Positions 10,719-26,170 of a stretch of DNA of 64,000 nt are shown one piece after another; position 1 is the stretch's first letter, and each line of letters starts with the position of its first letter. Both the position numbers and the translations under genes were made by a program. The stretch spans positions 620-64,619 of the forward strand of contig JAUMZY010000008.1 of assembly GCA_030527885.1 (NCBI GenBank). The letters run 5' to 3'. The notes below the pieces were generated by a model. It saw only the letters and a list, made by a program, of their open reading frames with translations, searched no databases and had not been told where the DNA came from. The stretch is from Corynebacterium sp. (lineage in GTDB: Bacteria; Actinomycetota; Actinomycetes; Mycobacteriales; Mycobacteriaceae).

Positions 10719-10799
10719 CCAAGTTGAAGCCTGCTATGAGTTGGCTCTGTCGTGGTGATATTGTTGCGCATTGTGCCGCCTTGAGGTTTTGCGCGGTGA

Positions 10800-14389
<3,590 letters not shown>

Positions 14390-14790
14390 AAAGGTGTATC
14401 TCCATTACAGTCCAAAAATAGTGGTAAATGACCCATGAAAACGACGCAGGACCAGACATCGCACAAGCATCCTTTTGTTTACTTATCGACACTAACCTCA
14501 GCAAGGTTACGCAGAATCCCAGGAGCGCAACCACAAGATGACAAACCACACCACCCAAAAACCACGCCAAACCCCAGTCGGGGCTATGCCGATAACCAAA
14601 CAGCCTCATGCAAAAACACAAACACCAAGGTCAACACCATATTTCACGGCATAAAGCCCATCATTGATCTGTGCACTCGTACCGGCCCCAACGATAGCAC
14701 TCGTCCTAGTAGCATGGCCGTGCGGGGGAAATAAAAGGGGGAAACGGAACGCCCCCTCACCACACAACAACCCCCAAAGTAACTACAAAA

Positions 14791-15696
14791 CTATTTCCGC
14801 ACGGCAGTAGTAGAAGCAGCAGCGCTTGTGGTCGCAGCACTAGCCTGCATATTCTTCGCCTTCACCAACTCGCCATTAATCACTTCCCGGAAAACCTCAA
14901 TCGGCTGCGCCCCACTAATAAACTGCGTACCAATAAACGCACTAGGAGTCCCCTTAATCCCCAACGAATCCCCATAATTCTGCGCATCCTGAATCACCGC
15001 ATCATACGTCCCATCAGTAGCCTGCTCCCGGAACTTCGCAATATCCGGAACCCCCGCATCCTCGGCAAACCTCACAAAATCATCAATCTTATTTTCAGGA
15101 TGCCCCTGCACATTGGCAGAAGCCTTATACAACGCATCATGGAACTCATAAAACTTCCCCTGTGCTGCAGCCGCCCGACCAGCCTTAGCCGCAGCTACCG
15201 CATCAGCACCATTAATCGGAAAATCATTCCACTCAATCCGCACCAACCCCTTAGCTACATACTCCTCCACAATCTGCTTATGCGCCCCGTTCGTATACAA
15301 CGCACAATACGGACACTCAAAATCCGAAAACTCCGAAATCACCACCGGCGCATCAATCGCCCCAATAGCAAACGGATCCTTAGCATTACGCCGATGAACC
15401 TTTAACACATCAGCTTCCGACTCAATATCCCCACTAGGTCCCATGATAAACGGATCAATCACATCCACATCCGCAACCGGCTTAATGCTCCCCTCCCCAG
15501 CCGCCGCAAAGTCCTCCGAATCCGAAGCATCCGACGCCACAGCCTCAGCAGTACCCACAGCAGAAGTTGCAGCAGCCTGCGTCGACGCCCCACGACTATG
15601 GCCCACCACATAAGCCCCAAGCCCCACCACAACAATCAACACCGCAATTACTGCCCACACCGCAGGCGCCAACCCCACAAACTGCTTCTTTGCCAT
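14791..15696 (-). CDS. Membrane-anchored DsbA-family thiol-disulfide oxidoreductase
   Basis: N-terminal TM, SDFECPYC, GTP cis-Pro and GAQP. Confidence 0.88.
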   Translation of the reverse strand: MAKKQFVGLAPAVWAVIAVLIVVVGLGAYVVGHSRGASTQAAATSAVGTAEAVASDASDSEDFAAAGEGSIKPVADVDVIDPFIMGPSGDIESEADVLKVHRRNAKDPFAIGAIDAPVVISEFSDFECPYCALYTNGAHKQIVEEYVAKGLVRIEWNDFPINGADAVAAAKAGRAAAAQGKFYEFHDALYKASANVQGHPENKIDDFVRFAEDAGVPDIAKFREQATDGTYDAVIQDAQNYGDSLGIKGTPSAFIGTQFISGAQPIEVFREVINGELVKAKNMQASAATTSAAASTTAVRK

Positions 15697-15751
15697 GTAC
15701 AACATTCCTTAACCGTGTCTTAATGGAAAACTGGCACTAGTTTAATGGCAA

Positions 15752-16105
15752 TTAAGGCAAAAATTCATCTTCAGGGCGCACCGCATTTTGCAATGCCACC
15801 GCACGTGCCAATTGAGCATAACGTAACTCCTGCTCACGAAACCTAATCCACGTGGACAACGTCGTAAAACCAAACGCCATAATCAACACATACAACATCA
15901 AATCCGTGCCACGATCCACCCCAATAGCCTGCGCCAACACCGTAACATCATCAGGCCGCAACACCGCCCACAACGCCAACAACACCAAAACGACAAACCC
16001 CAACTTCACCCCAGCTTTAGCCCGAGCTTTTCGACGATTCGTCAAAAAATACAACGACAACAAAATCATCGTCAATAACAACAAAACCTGCACAATAGTC
16101 GTCAT
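15752..16105 (-). CDS. DUF2304 membrane protein (Rv3632-like)
   Basis: Three TM segments and a GVDRGTDL..Y motif; directly downstream of a PpgS-like GT2. Confidence 0.85.
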   Translation of the reverse strand: MTTIVQVLLLLTMILLSLYFLTNRRKARAKAGVKLGFVVLVLLALWAVLRPDDVTVLAQAIGVDRGTDLMLYVLIMAFGFTTLSTWIRFREQELRYAQLARAVALQNAVRPEDEFLP

Positions 16106-16108
16106 ATC

Positions 16109-16834
16109 CTAAATCCTCCTAGCCAACAGACCATCCGCCAAAATATTCACACCATTAATCAACGACTGGCCCTTACTCATCGAATACTCGGTGTACAAAA
16201 TATCCACCGGCTCCTCCGCCACCCGCCACTGATGATCAACAATCTGCGATACAATCTCCGACGCATGCGACATCCCATTCATCCGAATATTCAGCCCATC
16301 CGCCACCTTCTTATTAAAAACCCGCAAACCATTATGCGCATCAGTCAACCCCAACTGACGAGTCTTCCGCGACAACTTCACAACAGTCTTCAACACCAAC
16401 CGCTTCACCAACGGCACCTGATCATCCTCAGCCCGCGGACGCCCAAACCGAGTACCAACAATAATATCCACCGGCTCACTCCGTAACCGCTGCACCATAC
16501 GCACCACATCTTTAACCTGATGCTGGCCATCCGCATCAAAAGTAACAAAATACTGCGCGCCGGGCTGCTTCCGGGCATACTCAACCCCAGTCTGAATCCC
16601 AGCCCCCTGACCTAGATTAACCGGATGATTAACCAAATGCGCGCCACCAGCATGAATACGATAAGCCGAATCATCACGCGACCCATCATTAACGGCAACA
16701 ATATTGGGGAACGTTCTCCGAGCATTCTCGATCACATCTTGAATAACCTGACCCTCGTTATAACACGGAATGACCAGCCAAGTATCAGAGAAATCAGCCG
16801 AATAACTACTGTGAGGATTGAATGTCGCTGCCAT
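16109..16834 (-). CDS. GT2 polyprenyl-phospho-HexNAc synthase (Rv3631/PpgS-like)
   Basis: VIPCYNE, VNDGSRD, NLGQGAG, TFDADGQH and TDAHNGLR. Confidence 0.85.
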   Translation of the reverse strand: MAATFNPHSSYSADFSDTWLVIPCYNEGQVIQDVIENARRTFPNIVAVNDGSRDDSAYRIHAGGAHLVNHPVNLGQGAGIQTGVEYARKQPGAQYFVTFDADGQHQVKDVVRMVQRLRSEPVDIIVGTRFGRPRAEDDQVPLVKRLVLKTVVKLSRKTRQLGLTDAHNGLRVFNKKVADGLNIRMNGMSHASEIVSQIVDHQWRVAEEPVDILYTEYSMSKGQSLINGVNILADGLLARRI

Positions 16835-16840
16835 AATGAA

Positions 16841-17695
16841 TTACATGCTACCGTGCGGGTTAGGCTTTACTGAATATGTTGGGCGATGAAACAGTAACGA
16901 ATACACTCGTTTCAACAACGCCCGGGGAATTTTGCGGTATCCCATGCGAACAAAAAAATTCACCACAGCACGCGGTCGAGAGATCAACTTATAACTAATC
17001 AAATTACGCTGTAACTGCCGCTCTGACGCCCACATTCCCGCACCAGTACGCCGCTGAAACTGATCATCAGAAACCCGAAAAAACGTCAACGGCTCCGGAA
17101 TATTATAAAACCGATACCCCCGCGCTAACAGCCGGGCAAACAAATCATAATCCTCCATGAAATGCACACTTTGATAACCCCCCACCGCAGTCACCGCAGC
17201 CGTACGCATCATCACACTAGGGTGATTAATGGGATTATTAATCTTCGCATAACGCCTAATCGCCGCATGCGTTTCCGGCAATGACCGCACATGATCAGTA
17301 TCACCCGGCTCATGATAAAATTCCGCTACCGCCGACCCCACTACATCAACACTAGGATCAGCCGCAAAACACGCCAACTGCTTACTAAACCGCTCCGGCG
17401 CAGCATAATCATCCGAATCCAGCCGCGCCACAAAATCCGCATCAATAGTGGCCAAACCTGCCTGCAACGCAGCACCCAACCCCTGGTTCGTGGCTAACGG
17501 CAACCGCCTACTACTGGGATTACGCTCGCAATGCTGATCCAAAACCTCATACAAAGCCGCTGTGAGCGGACCATCTTCAACAATAAGAACCTCATCAGCC
17601 GGTCGAGTTTGATGAAGCAACGAATCCAGCGCTGCGGTTAACTCATGTGCATCCGTCTTCTGATAGACGCTCATGAGAACGCTGAGGGTCGGCAT
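16841..17695 (-). CDS. GT2 glycosyltransferase (AmsE-like)
   Basis: SVLMSVY, EDGPL, ARLDSDD, NHPSVM and EDYDL. Confidence 0.85.
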   Translation of the reverse strand: MPTLSVLMSVYQKTDAHELTAALDSLLHQTRPADEVLIVEDGPLTAALYEVLDQHCERNPSSRRLPLATNQGLGAALQAGLATIDADFVARLDSDDYAAPERFSKQLACFAADPSVDVVGSAVAEFYHEPGDTDHVRSLPETHAAIRRYAKINNPINHPSVMMRTAAVTAVGGYQSVHFMEDYDLFARLLARGYRFYNIPEPLTFFRVSDDQFQRRTGAGMWASERQLQRNLISYKLISRPRAVVNFFVRMGYRKIPRALLKRVYSLLFHRPTYSVKPNPHGSM

Positions 17696-17712
17696 GAATA
17701 CGAATCCTTTCG

Positions 17713-18570
17713 CTATAAAACATTCAAAAGCAGCTTACCGTACCCCGATTTCTCCAGTTCAGCAGCTAATTTCTCCAACTGCGCAGCGTTGATAAACCCA
17801 GACTGATAAGCAGCAGCCTCCGGCGAACCAATAATAATGCCTGTCCGCTTTTGCAACACCTCGACATATGACGCTGCCTCACTCATTGAATCAAATGTTC
17901 CAGTATCCAGCCACACATTACCCCGAGCCAATTTCTGCACCTGCAATTTCCCCTGTTTAAGGTACTCCTCGTTCACACTAGTAATCTCCAATTCACCCCG
18001 AACCGAGGGAGTAATAGCGCGCGCAATATCCACCACCGAATTGTCATAAAAATACAATCCCACCACCGCAAAATTAGACTGCGGCCGCTCCGGCTTCTCC
18101 GCTATAGACAACGCATGACCAGCAGAATCAAATTCCACCACCCCATAACGACTGGGATCCGACACCTCATACGCAAACACAATCCCACCCGCCGGATCCT
18201 GACAACTAACAATGGACTCGGCAAACTGCGAACCATGAAAAATATTATCGCCCAACACCAACGCAACACTGCTATCACCAATGAATTCTTCACCAATGAT
18301 AAAAGCCTGCGCTAACCCATCAGGATGATCCTGCACCGCATAAGCCAACCGAATACCAAACTGCGAACCATCCCCAAGTAACCGCTGAAAAGCAGGCTGA
18401 TCATAACGGGTAGTAATGATCAAGATTTCATCAATACCAGACTGAATAAGCGTCGACAAGGGATAATAAATCATCGGCTTGTCATACACCGGCATGAGCT
18501 GCTTAGAAATCCCCAAAGTGATGGGATACAGGCGGCTACCAGTGCCGCCGGCCAAAATAATGCCCTTCAT
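17713..18570 (-). CDS. rfbA: Glucose-1-phosphate thymidylyltransferase
   Basis: [41 protein letters not shown] and WLDTGT. Confidence 0.96.
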   Translation of the reverse strand: MKGIILAGGTGSRLYPITLGISKQLMPVYDKPMIYYPLSTLIQSGIDEILIITTRYDQPAFQRLLGDGSQFGIRLAYAVQDHPDGLAQAFIIGEEFIGDSSVALVLGDNIFHGSQFAESIVSCQDPAGGIVFAYEVSDPSRYGVVEFDSAGHALSIAEKPERPQSNFAVVGLYFYDNSVVDIARAITPSVRGELEITSVNEEYLKQGKLQVQKLARGNVWLDTGTFDSMSEAASYVEVLQKRTGIIIGSPEAAAYQSGFINAAQLEKLAAELEKSGYGKLLLNVL

Positions 18571-18825
18571 ACTATTTATCTGCCTTATCTCTATTGGGAT
18601 GGATGGGGCTATGGGCTCTCTGCAGCGGATCTGTAGGATCCCGTAATGATCTGCGGCGATCTGCGGCTTGTGGGGTGCAGGCGGGCCGCAACGGGGAATG
18701 CACTGTACAAGCTGGGGTATACGCCGTCAGAGTATCGCAGTTAGGATGCCACAGCGCCCAGACGCCCAAACAAGTGCCATGAGGACAACACCATCAGGGC
18801 GCTGGGAACCTTGATAGATTATCGC

Positions 18826-20250
18826 TTAACCATGCAACTCATCTGCCACATAAGTGCGCAACCGGGCCTCCCCATCTGTGGGGGCGAAACCAGCCGCTTT
18901 GATCTTAGCTAACGACAATTGGGAATTCTGCGGCCGAGGCACCACCGGATCAGACAACCCAGCCACATACTCCGCAGTACTGCACTCCACCACACGCGCA
19001 GGATCCGCACCAGCTAACTCAAAAACCTGCCGAGCAATATCCGCCCACGATTGCGGCTGCCCATCACTAGTAACGTTATATGTGCCATACGGGTGCTCAC
19101 CATTGATCAAATAGGCAACAGCCGCAGCCACATCATCACTAAACGCCAACCGCCCCACCTGATCATTAACCACCTGGGGATTCACCTCAGTTTGCGTCGC
19201 AAGCTGCAACATTGTGCGCACAAAATTCTTCCCAGACCCCACAACCCAACTCGTCCGCACAATATAATGCTTCGCCACCGCCGAAACCGCAGCGTCACCT
19301 GCTGCTTTACTAGCCCCATAGAAATTCAGTGGTGCCACAGAGTCGGTCTCTGATGCAATAGCCGCCTGGCCATCAAACACATAATCAGAAGAGAAATGCA
19401 CCAACATCAGACGATGCTTTGTAGCTAGCCGAGCCAGCTTAGTTGGCCCCTCAGCATTGACTGCCCAACACTGGGCACGGTCTGCTTCTGCCTGATCTAC
19501 CGCAGTATAAGCGGCCGCATTGATGATCACAGCATAATCATCCCAATCGAATGCAGCTTCCAAAGCCTCATAATCTGCCGTGAGATCAAACTCTGCGTGA
19601 CTGCACAAGGTGGCGGTGGGGAACTCCGTGGCTAAAGCCTGCCCAATTTGCCCCTGCGCCCCAATGATCAAGATTTTTTTAGGTGCCACGGGGGTGACGT
19701 CGACAAGCAGCGGGTGAGTTTTATCCGAAGCCGAAAGTTCCGCCTGACTCAACGAAATGGGCCACGCAATACCAAGCGCCGGGTCCGCCAAATTAACATG
19801 ACTGTATTGGGCGTTAGGAGACCAGTGAGCATCAAGCAGGTACGTGTATACGGTTGGCTCAAGTGCCTGAAACCCATTTGCTACGCCGCGCGGCACAAAA
19901 ACCGCCTGACCGGGGGTAATGGGGGTGCTGAAAACCTGGCCGAAGGTGGGGGAATCCGCACGTAAATCACACCATGCGGCGAAGATTTCTCCCTGGGCAA
20001 TGGAAATAAACTTATTCCATGGTTCGGCATGCAAACCCCGCGTAACCCCTGCTTGAGTGCTGAGGGAAACATTATTTTGCACGGGTTGAAACTCCCGCAA
20101 TGCGTGAGGAGCCCCAGGTAAAGCCGCAATTTTTGCCTGCTGCCAATTTTCTTTAAACCACCCACGGTTATCAATACGCAGATCAAGCTGCATGATGACT
20201 AAACCTGCGATGGGTGTGGTGGTGATGCTGAATTGCGCTTGTGAATCCAT
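18826..20250 (-). CDS. rmlCD: Fused dTDP-4-dehydrorhamnose 3,5-epimerase / reductase
   Basis: N-terminal cupin (DNRGWFKE, RGLHAEPW, GVANGFQ) joined to an RmlD domain (GAQGQIG, NAAAYTAVD, SSDYVFDG, YGASK). Confidence 0.92.
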   Translation of the reverse strand: MDSQAQFSITTTPIAGLVIMQLDLRIDNRGWFKENWQQAKIAALPGAPHALREFQPVQNNVSLSTQAGVTRGLHAEPWNKFISIAQGEIFAAWCDLRADSPTFGQVFSTPITPGQAVFVPRGVANGFQALEPTVYTYLLDAHWSPNAQYSHVNLADPALGIAWPISLSQAELSASDKTHPLLVDVTPVAPKKILIIGAQGQIGQALATEFPTATLCSHAEFDLTADYEALEAAFDWDDYAVIINAAAYTAVDQAEADRAQCWAVNAEGPTKLARLATKHRLMLVHFSSDYVFDGQAAIASETDSVAPLNFYGASKAAGDAAVSAVAKHYIVRTSWVVGSGKNFVRTMLQLATQTEVNPQVVNDQVGRLAFSDDVAAAVAYLINGEHPYGTYNVTSDGQPQSWADIARQVFELAGADPARVVECSTAEYVAGLSDPVVPRPQNSQLSLAKIKAAGFAPTDGEARLRTYVADELHG

Positions 20251-20267
20251 GATTACTAACTTATGCC

Positions 20268-21485
<1,218 letters not shown>

Positions 21486-21490
21486 TTACC

Positions 21491-21499
21491 TGTGGATAA
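21491..21499 (-). promoter_or_regulatory. Perfect DnaA-box sequence (TTATCCACA) in the rmlB / DUF222-like intergenic region
   Basis: TGTGGATAA on the + strand; related AATTCCACA and AAATCCACA lie at about 21402 and 21424. Confidence 0.35.
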
Positions 21500-21626
21500 C
21501 TTTTTTGCTACTCCGCCGGGATTCTGCACGCTCGTTAATCTAGTGCTAAAGGCGGATCCTTCACCGTATGGAACCGAAGAAACCCCTGTACAGCATAGCA
21601 TTTCTCGTGCACTAAGGAGCACCCTC

Positions 21627-22616
21627 ATGTCCCGTAATCGCAAAAATCGTCGCCGCAACCGCCAAACCCCCAAGCAAACTCCGCGCCAGAACCAGCTGCA
21701 ATCCCCCAAAATGGCGCAGTCAACAAGAATGCAAGAAGTAGTGCAATCCACCCGCCCCAAAGTGGATCATGACAATGAAACTGTCTCACTACGTTCCTTC
21801 AAAGCAGCCTCCCAATGCTACAACCGCGCAATCCTAGATCACCTGCTGCAATACGCACTAATGCACAGTGAATACCACGATGAAGCATTGATGCTGATTC
21901 AAGATGGTTTCGGACTCACCAAAGCCAATGCCAATCATTTGCTCACCACAGCGCACGCATTTGATGTGCTGCCAGAAGTTCGGACTCAGGTCTACGAGCT
22001 CGGTACCGTTGACCTGGAGCGCCTAGTCCTCGTCGGTAAGCAACTCACCAAACTCAGTGATGAACAACTCCTGGAATTAGAAGCCGATATTGGTGAATTA
22101 TTCATTGACGCCGACGGGCTGAAACAGTGGATTAAAGTCACAACCATCTGCAAAAACCTCACTGAAGCACGGTTAACTATTGACCCAGAAGCTCGGGCAC
22201 GGGCTGAAGCCCGCGCTGCCGCCCAGGCGGAAAAGAAACGACAACAGCAAAGCCGCTTGGTGCGAAATGAGCTTGATGACGGCCGAACAGAAATCATCAT
22301 TCGCATCGACAAAGAAGAATCAGAAAAATTCAACAACCAGGTAGTTGAGGCTGCGCAAGCCGCCGGACAGGATGTTTCTGACTACCTGTACCACCACGTT
22401 AATGCTGCTGCTGATCCGCAAGTCCAATTGCTTGCAGTGGTAGATCAAAACGGAACTCTTGTGGTTGAAGGATGCGAACCCATGACCATCAATAATGTGG
22501 TTGACATGCAGAAAGCAATCAACGAGGCACGCAGCTACCGGCTATCCGAATTACGTGCCCTCAGCGTGATGCCCAATCCAGCCATCTCCAACTCATCTGG
22601 CGGTGAAGCTGCCTAA
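21627..22616 (+). CDS. Hypothetical protein, DUF222-like N-terminal region without an HNH domain (paralogue A)
   Basis: AAGGAG RBS before ATG 21627. FGLTKANANHLLT..H..LP and GTVDLERL resemble the N-termini of corynebacterial DUF222/HNH proteins. Clear paralogue at 61654-62508. Confidence 0.6.
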   Translation: MSRNRKNRRRNRQTPKQTPRQNQLQSPKMAQSTRMQEVVQSTRPKVDHDNETVSLRSFKAASQCYNRAILDHLLQYALMHSEYHDEALMLIQDGFGLTKANANHLLTTAHAFDVLPEVRTQVYELGTVDLERLVLVGKQLTKLSDEQLLELEADIGELFIDADGLKQWIKVTTICKNLTEARLTIDPEARARAEARAAAQAEKKRQQQSRLVRNELDDGRTEIIIRIDKEESEKFNNQVVEAAQAAGQDVSDYLYHHVNAAADPQVQLLAVVDQNGTLVVEGCEPMTINNVVDMQKAINEARSYRLSELRALSVMPNPAISNSSGGEAA

Positions 22617-22731
22617 TATTCCTGTTTTGATCAACTCGTGTTCGCCTTGTGGTTTTGCCCTATGGTTTTGTCCTGTGGCTTTGCACTTGCGCGTGGGCGT
22701 TGATGCATTACGACTGCCAGTTAGTTGCCAA

Positions 22732-24106
22732 TTATTGAGGCTGTAACTCACGACTGCCATGTGGATTGCGGGCAGAGAAAATACCCACCATGTGCACCAC
22801 CAATCCACACAGCGGCCCCACGCTTAACGCAAGCCACGCGCCAGTTTCCAGCGGCAACGGCGAAGCAAGGATGCCAATGCCCACCAAGGTGGCCAACGCC
22901 CAACCCAACAAATAATATTGATGCTTTTCAATACTCATTGTGGCAGCACCAGTGATCATTAACGACGCAGTACATGCTGCATCTATGGTAAACAAAGCCA
23001 ACAACCAACCAGGAATAATATATGTCTGATCGATAAGCAACAGCAGCCACGGTCCAATGAGCCAAGCTGCAATAGCCCCCAGGATGCCAATCGACCACAC
23101 CAGTAAAAATGGCTGCGATAACGCATGCAATGGTCGATCACGATGCTGCACAAAACGCACCACCAGCGCAGATAGGAACTGTTGTAGCGGCACCAATAAT
23201 GGTGCCCGGGTTAAAATCACCCCATACATGACCACACTGATCGACACCGTACTCGTCGCCATAGCGGCTTGCGGATGAGTGAGCTTAACCAGAGTGGGGA
23301 AACCTGTAATTAACACAGCAGTTGCCCCCGAGGCGGCCATAGCAAAACCAACCCGGCTTAAAAACTGCTTGGTGGGAACATCCGCCAAGAGACGCAATGC
23401 CTGACGCACCTGGGAACTACACAGAACCAACACCAACCACGATGCAGCCCCCACAACCGTAATGACCAAAAAGGCCACAAGTTTCCAACCAACAATCCAC
23501 GCGATGATGGCCAAAACCATGCGCGACATGGAGTCCAAAACAATCAAAAGAGCATACTGATTCCACAATCTAGCTGCGGAAATTAACCCAGTAATGGTGG
23601 CTTGTATGGTGTAACTAGCCAACCCCACGGCCATCAACACAGTTCCCATGAATTGCTGCTGCGATAAAATCCGCGGAGCCCACAGCGGAGCAGTTAACGC
23701 CACCAAGATCATGGTGATGAGGGCTATCCACGCGCCCACCACGATGGGATACGTTTGTGACTTCGGTGCAGGCTTGATGGATGTGGGCTCTGGCGCGGCA
23801 GGTGCGGATGGGCTGGGGGTAGGTGTGTCGGACGTGACTGCGCCGGGTGTTGGTGTGGCTGGTTTGGCAGGCGTAGGTGCTTGTTGTAGGGCTTTTTCCT
23901 GCGCCGCAGTAACTGCCCGAGTTGTTTCCTGCATGAGGCCAGGCGAAAAACGATCCCCAATATGCCAAGAACTCACTTACCAGAGCATCATCGCCAAATA
24001 TTTTGCCCGGGATGATCACCACTGCAAACCCAGAAATACCAGCAACAGCGGTGGCCACTGGCATCCATCGCATGTATTGTGCTGTTCGTGGTTTAGTGTT
24101 ATTCAT
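22732..24106 (-). pseudogene. Rv3630-like polysaccharide flippase/membrane protein, frameshifted near 23941
   Basis: N-terminal frame ...AGISGFAVV..EFLAYWGSFFA switches to frame GLMQETTRAV...LTRAPLLVPLQ. The junction reads GCC T GGC CTC ATG. Confidence 0.75.
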
Positions 24107-24366
24107 TGATCCATTTCTTGATTGAAGTAGTGACCCATAAAGTAGCTCAAGTAAAACAGTGGCGCCGCAGTCAGTCACGCATTTTACAATCCTTACCGTA
24201 GTCTCTCTTTAGTCTCCCGCGGCACATGCCCCGATGACCAGACAGCAAGCGGTACCAACCTTAACGAATCCCGTGCTGGATTGTTGTTTATGGCCTCAAG
24301 CATGCTGCTGTTTCCTGGGATCCCTAACCCCTGTGTTGTGCTTGGTGGCCTTACGCATGCATGTGC

Positions 24367-24401
24367 AAAGCTCCACTAAATTGGGCACTTAGTGGAGCTT
24401 T
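24367..24401 (-). terminator. Intrinsic terminator of cmt1
   Basis: AAAGCTCCACTAA-N9-TTAGTGGAGCTTT. Confidence 0.8.
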
Positions 24402-24457
24402 ACACTATTGACACTTCAGGATCGGCGTACTTCACCGATCACAATGGTGCAACTGGT

Positions 24458-25525
24458 TTAGGAGTTGAAGGCCTTTTCAAAAGTGGGCCAGGAATCCCGC
24501 AGATCTTGCTGCCAGTAGCCCCATGAGTGGGTGCCAGTGTTGCGCATGTTGAAGTTTGCGGGGATGTTCATGGAATCCAGCTTGAGCTTGAAATCATGAG
24601 TACAAGTATTCGTTGCGGCCTCAATCGCACCACCTTCGATAACAGTGGTGGCTGATGCCAGAGACGCAATCATGGGGTCAGCACCACGCAGGCGTGGACC
24701 GTTAGGCATATCCCATTCACCAGCCAAGCCAGTGCCGTTGGAAACATAGATTTGGGTGTCACGCAGGCCCTCAGCCTGGATCAAAGCGTCATTGCGTAAC
24801 CACTCTTGGCTTCCCAACTGGCCCCACATTTGTTCACGGGTTGCCCCGCCACGCTGCAAGGTGACGCTGATGAATTCCGCAGGAAGTGGCTTGGAGGAGG
24901 CATAGCAACCAGAGAAAGCAGCAACACCATCATAGAACTTGGGGTTGTGCTCAGCGAGCAATATTGAACTGGTGGCGGACATGGACATGCCAGCAATGCC
25001 ACGCTTGCCGTTACCCTTGAGTTGCTTCTCTATCGGCCCAGGCAGCTCTTTGGTTAGGAATGTCTCCCACTTTTGCTTACCGCCAAGGTTCTGCTGGTCG
25101 TTAACCCAGTCGGTGTAATAGGAGAACCGGCCTGACATGGGGATAACCACGTTGATGTCTTTTTCTTTATAGAAATCAATCACATCGGTTTGAACCAGCC
25201 AGTTGGCGCGGCCTTCGCCGCCATCAGCACCATTGAGGAGGTAGAGAACTGGTCGATTAGGCTGGGATGCTTTGATGACAACCAACGGTACTTCACGGTT
25301 ATCCATTGCGGGCGAAGTAGCCCACATTTCTACCACGCGGTTACCATCAACTTTTTCCCGCCAAATAGGGTTTTCACTGTCTTTCTTGCCTTCTTTGATC
25401 ACCGATTGCGGAGCATCGCCGGCAACCTTCGCAGGCGTCACCTCGGATGCGGAAACAATATTTGGGGTGGCAACAAAGACAGAGAGTGCGGCAATAGCAG
25501 CAGCTAATGTGCGAGTGAGCTTCAT
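24458..25525 (-). CDS. cmt1: Antigen-85-family mycoloyltransferase (Cmt1/MytC-like), secreted
   Basis: Signal peptide, LYLLNGADGG, FSYYTDW, catalytic GMSMS and GTHSWGYW. Occupies the cg0413 position, between the Rv3630-like gene and lpd. Confidence 0.85.
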   Translation of the reverse strand: MKLTRTLAAAIAALSVFVATPNIVSASEVTPAKVAGDAPQSVIKEGKKDSENPIWREKVDGNRVVEMWATSPAMDNREVPLVVIKASQPNRPVLYLLNGADGGEGRANWLVQTDVIDFYKEKDINVVIPMSGRFSYYTDWVNDQQNLGGKQKWETFLTKELPGPIEKQLKGNGKRGIAGMSMSATSSILLAEHNPKFYDGVAAFSGCYASSKPLPAEFISVTLQRGGATREQMWGQLGSQEWLRNDALIQAEGLRDTQIYVSNGTGLAGEWDMPNGPRLRGADPMIASLASATTVIEGGAIEAATNTCTHDFKLKLDSMNIPANFNMRNTGTHSWGYWQQDLRDSWPTFEKAFNS

Positions 25526-26170
25526 AGACGGATTTTCCTATTGTGTTTTTGATTGAGGTCTCAATCAAAGCTGTATTTATTCTTTGAGTGTGTAAGACGC
25601 TACAGATGCTGTACTTACCATCGCGTGTTAATGGTCAATTGTTAACAGCGCTGAAATTATCAACAAATTGCAACAACACACATCCATCAACAAGCCTTAT
25701 TGGCTTAAAAATGATTGAAGATAAAGCTGATGATAGAACATTGAGTCGCAAAATATCTATAGGCACCCCTGTTTATTACATGACTCATTCTCATTCCCCA
25801 ACCAGCAATATGCTGGACTCAGTCAATAATTATCACAGTTTGGCCCAAACCATTTGGGGGTAGTTATGCCCCGAAAATAGGTGTAGTAAAAGCTTCAAAC
25901 CATGGCCTGTAAAACACTCAATGGAATTAATATAACTAAATACAACAAGACAATAAGGGGGGACCAATTTGGGGGCGAAACATACCCCTGGTTGCGTGGC
26001 TGTCCTGTAACGCGAAGAATAGCAGTGATAATAAATAAGAAGGAACAAGAAGGAATGCAAGCTGATAGCTGGTGTGGCTACCGTTAATGAGCCGCATGCT
26101 ATTACGCGATGTATTTACATCATTGTTGTCATTTTCGTAGGAAAACCATTCATATTACAAGGAGAATCTC

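Noticed and set aside
18826-20250. RmlC-RmlD fusion as a novelty
   Set aside because: It is already known in corynebacteria (rmlCD).
25588-26087. ORFs 25588-25863 and 25902-26087, and the 10-codon MQADSWCGYR after AAGGA
   Set aside because: They are AT-rich with atypical codons and no motifs, and are more likely promoter DNA for cmt1 and the small ORF.
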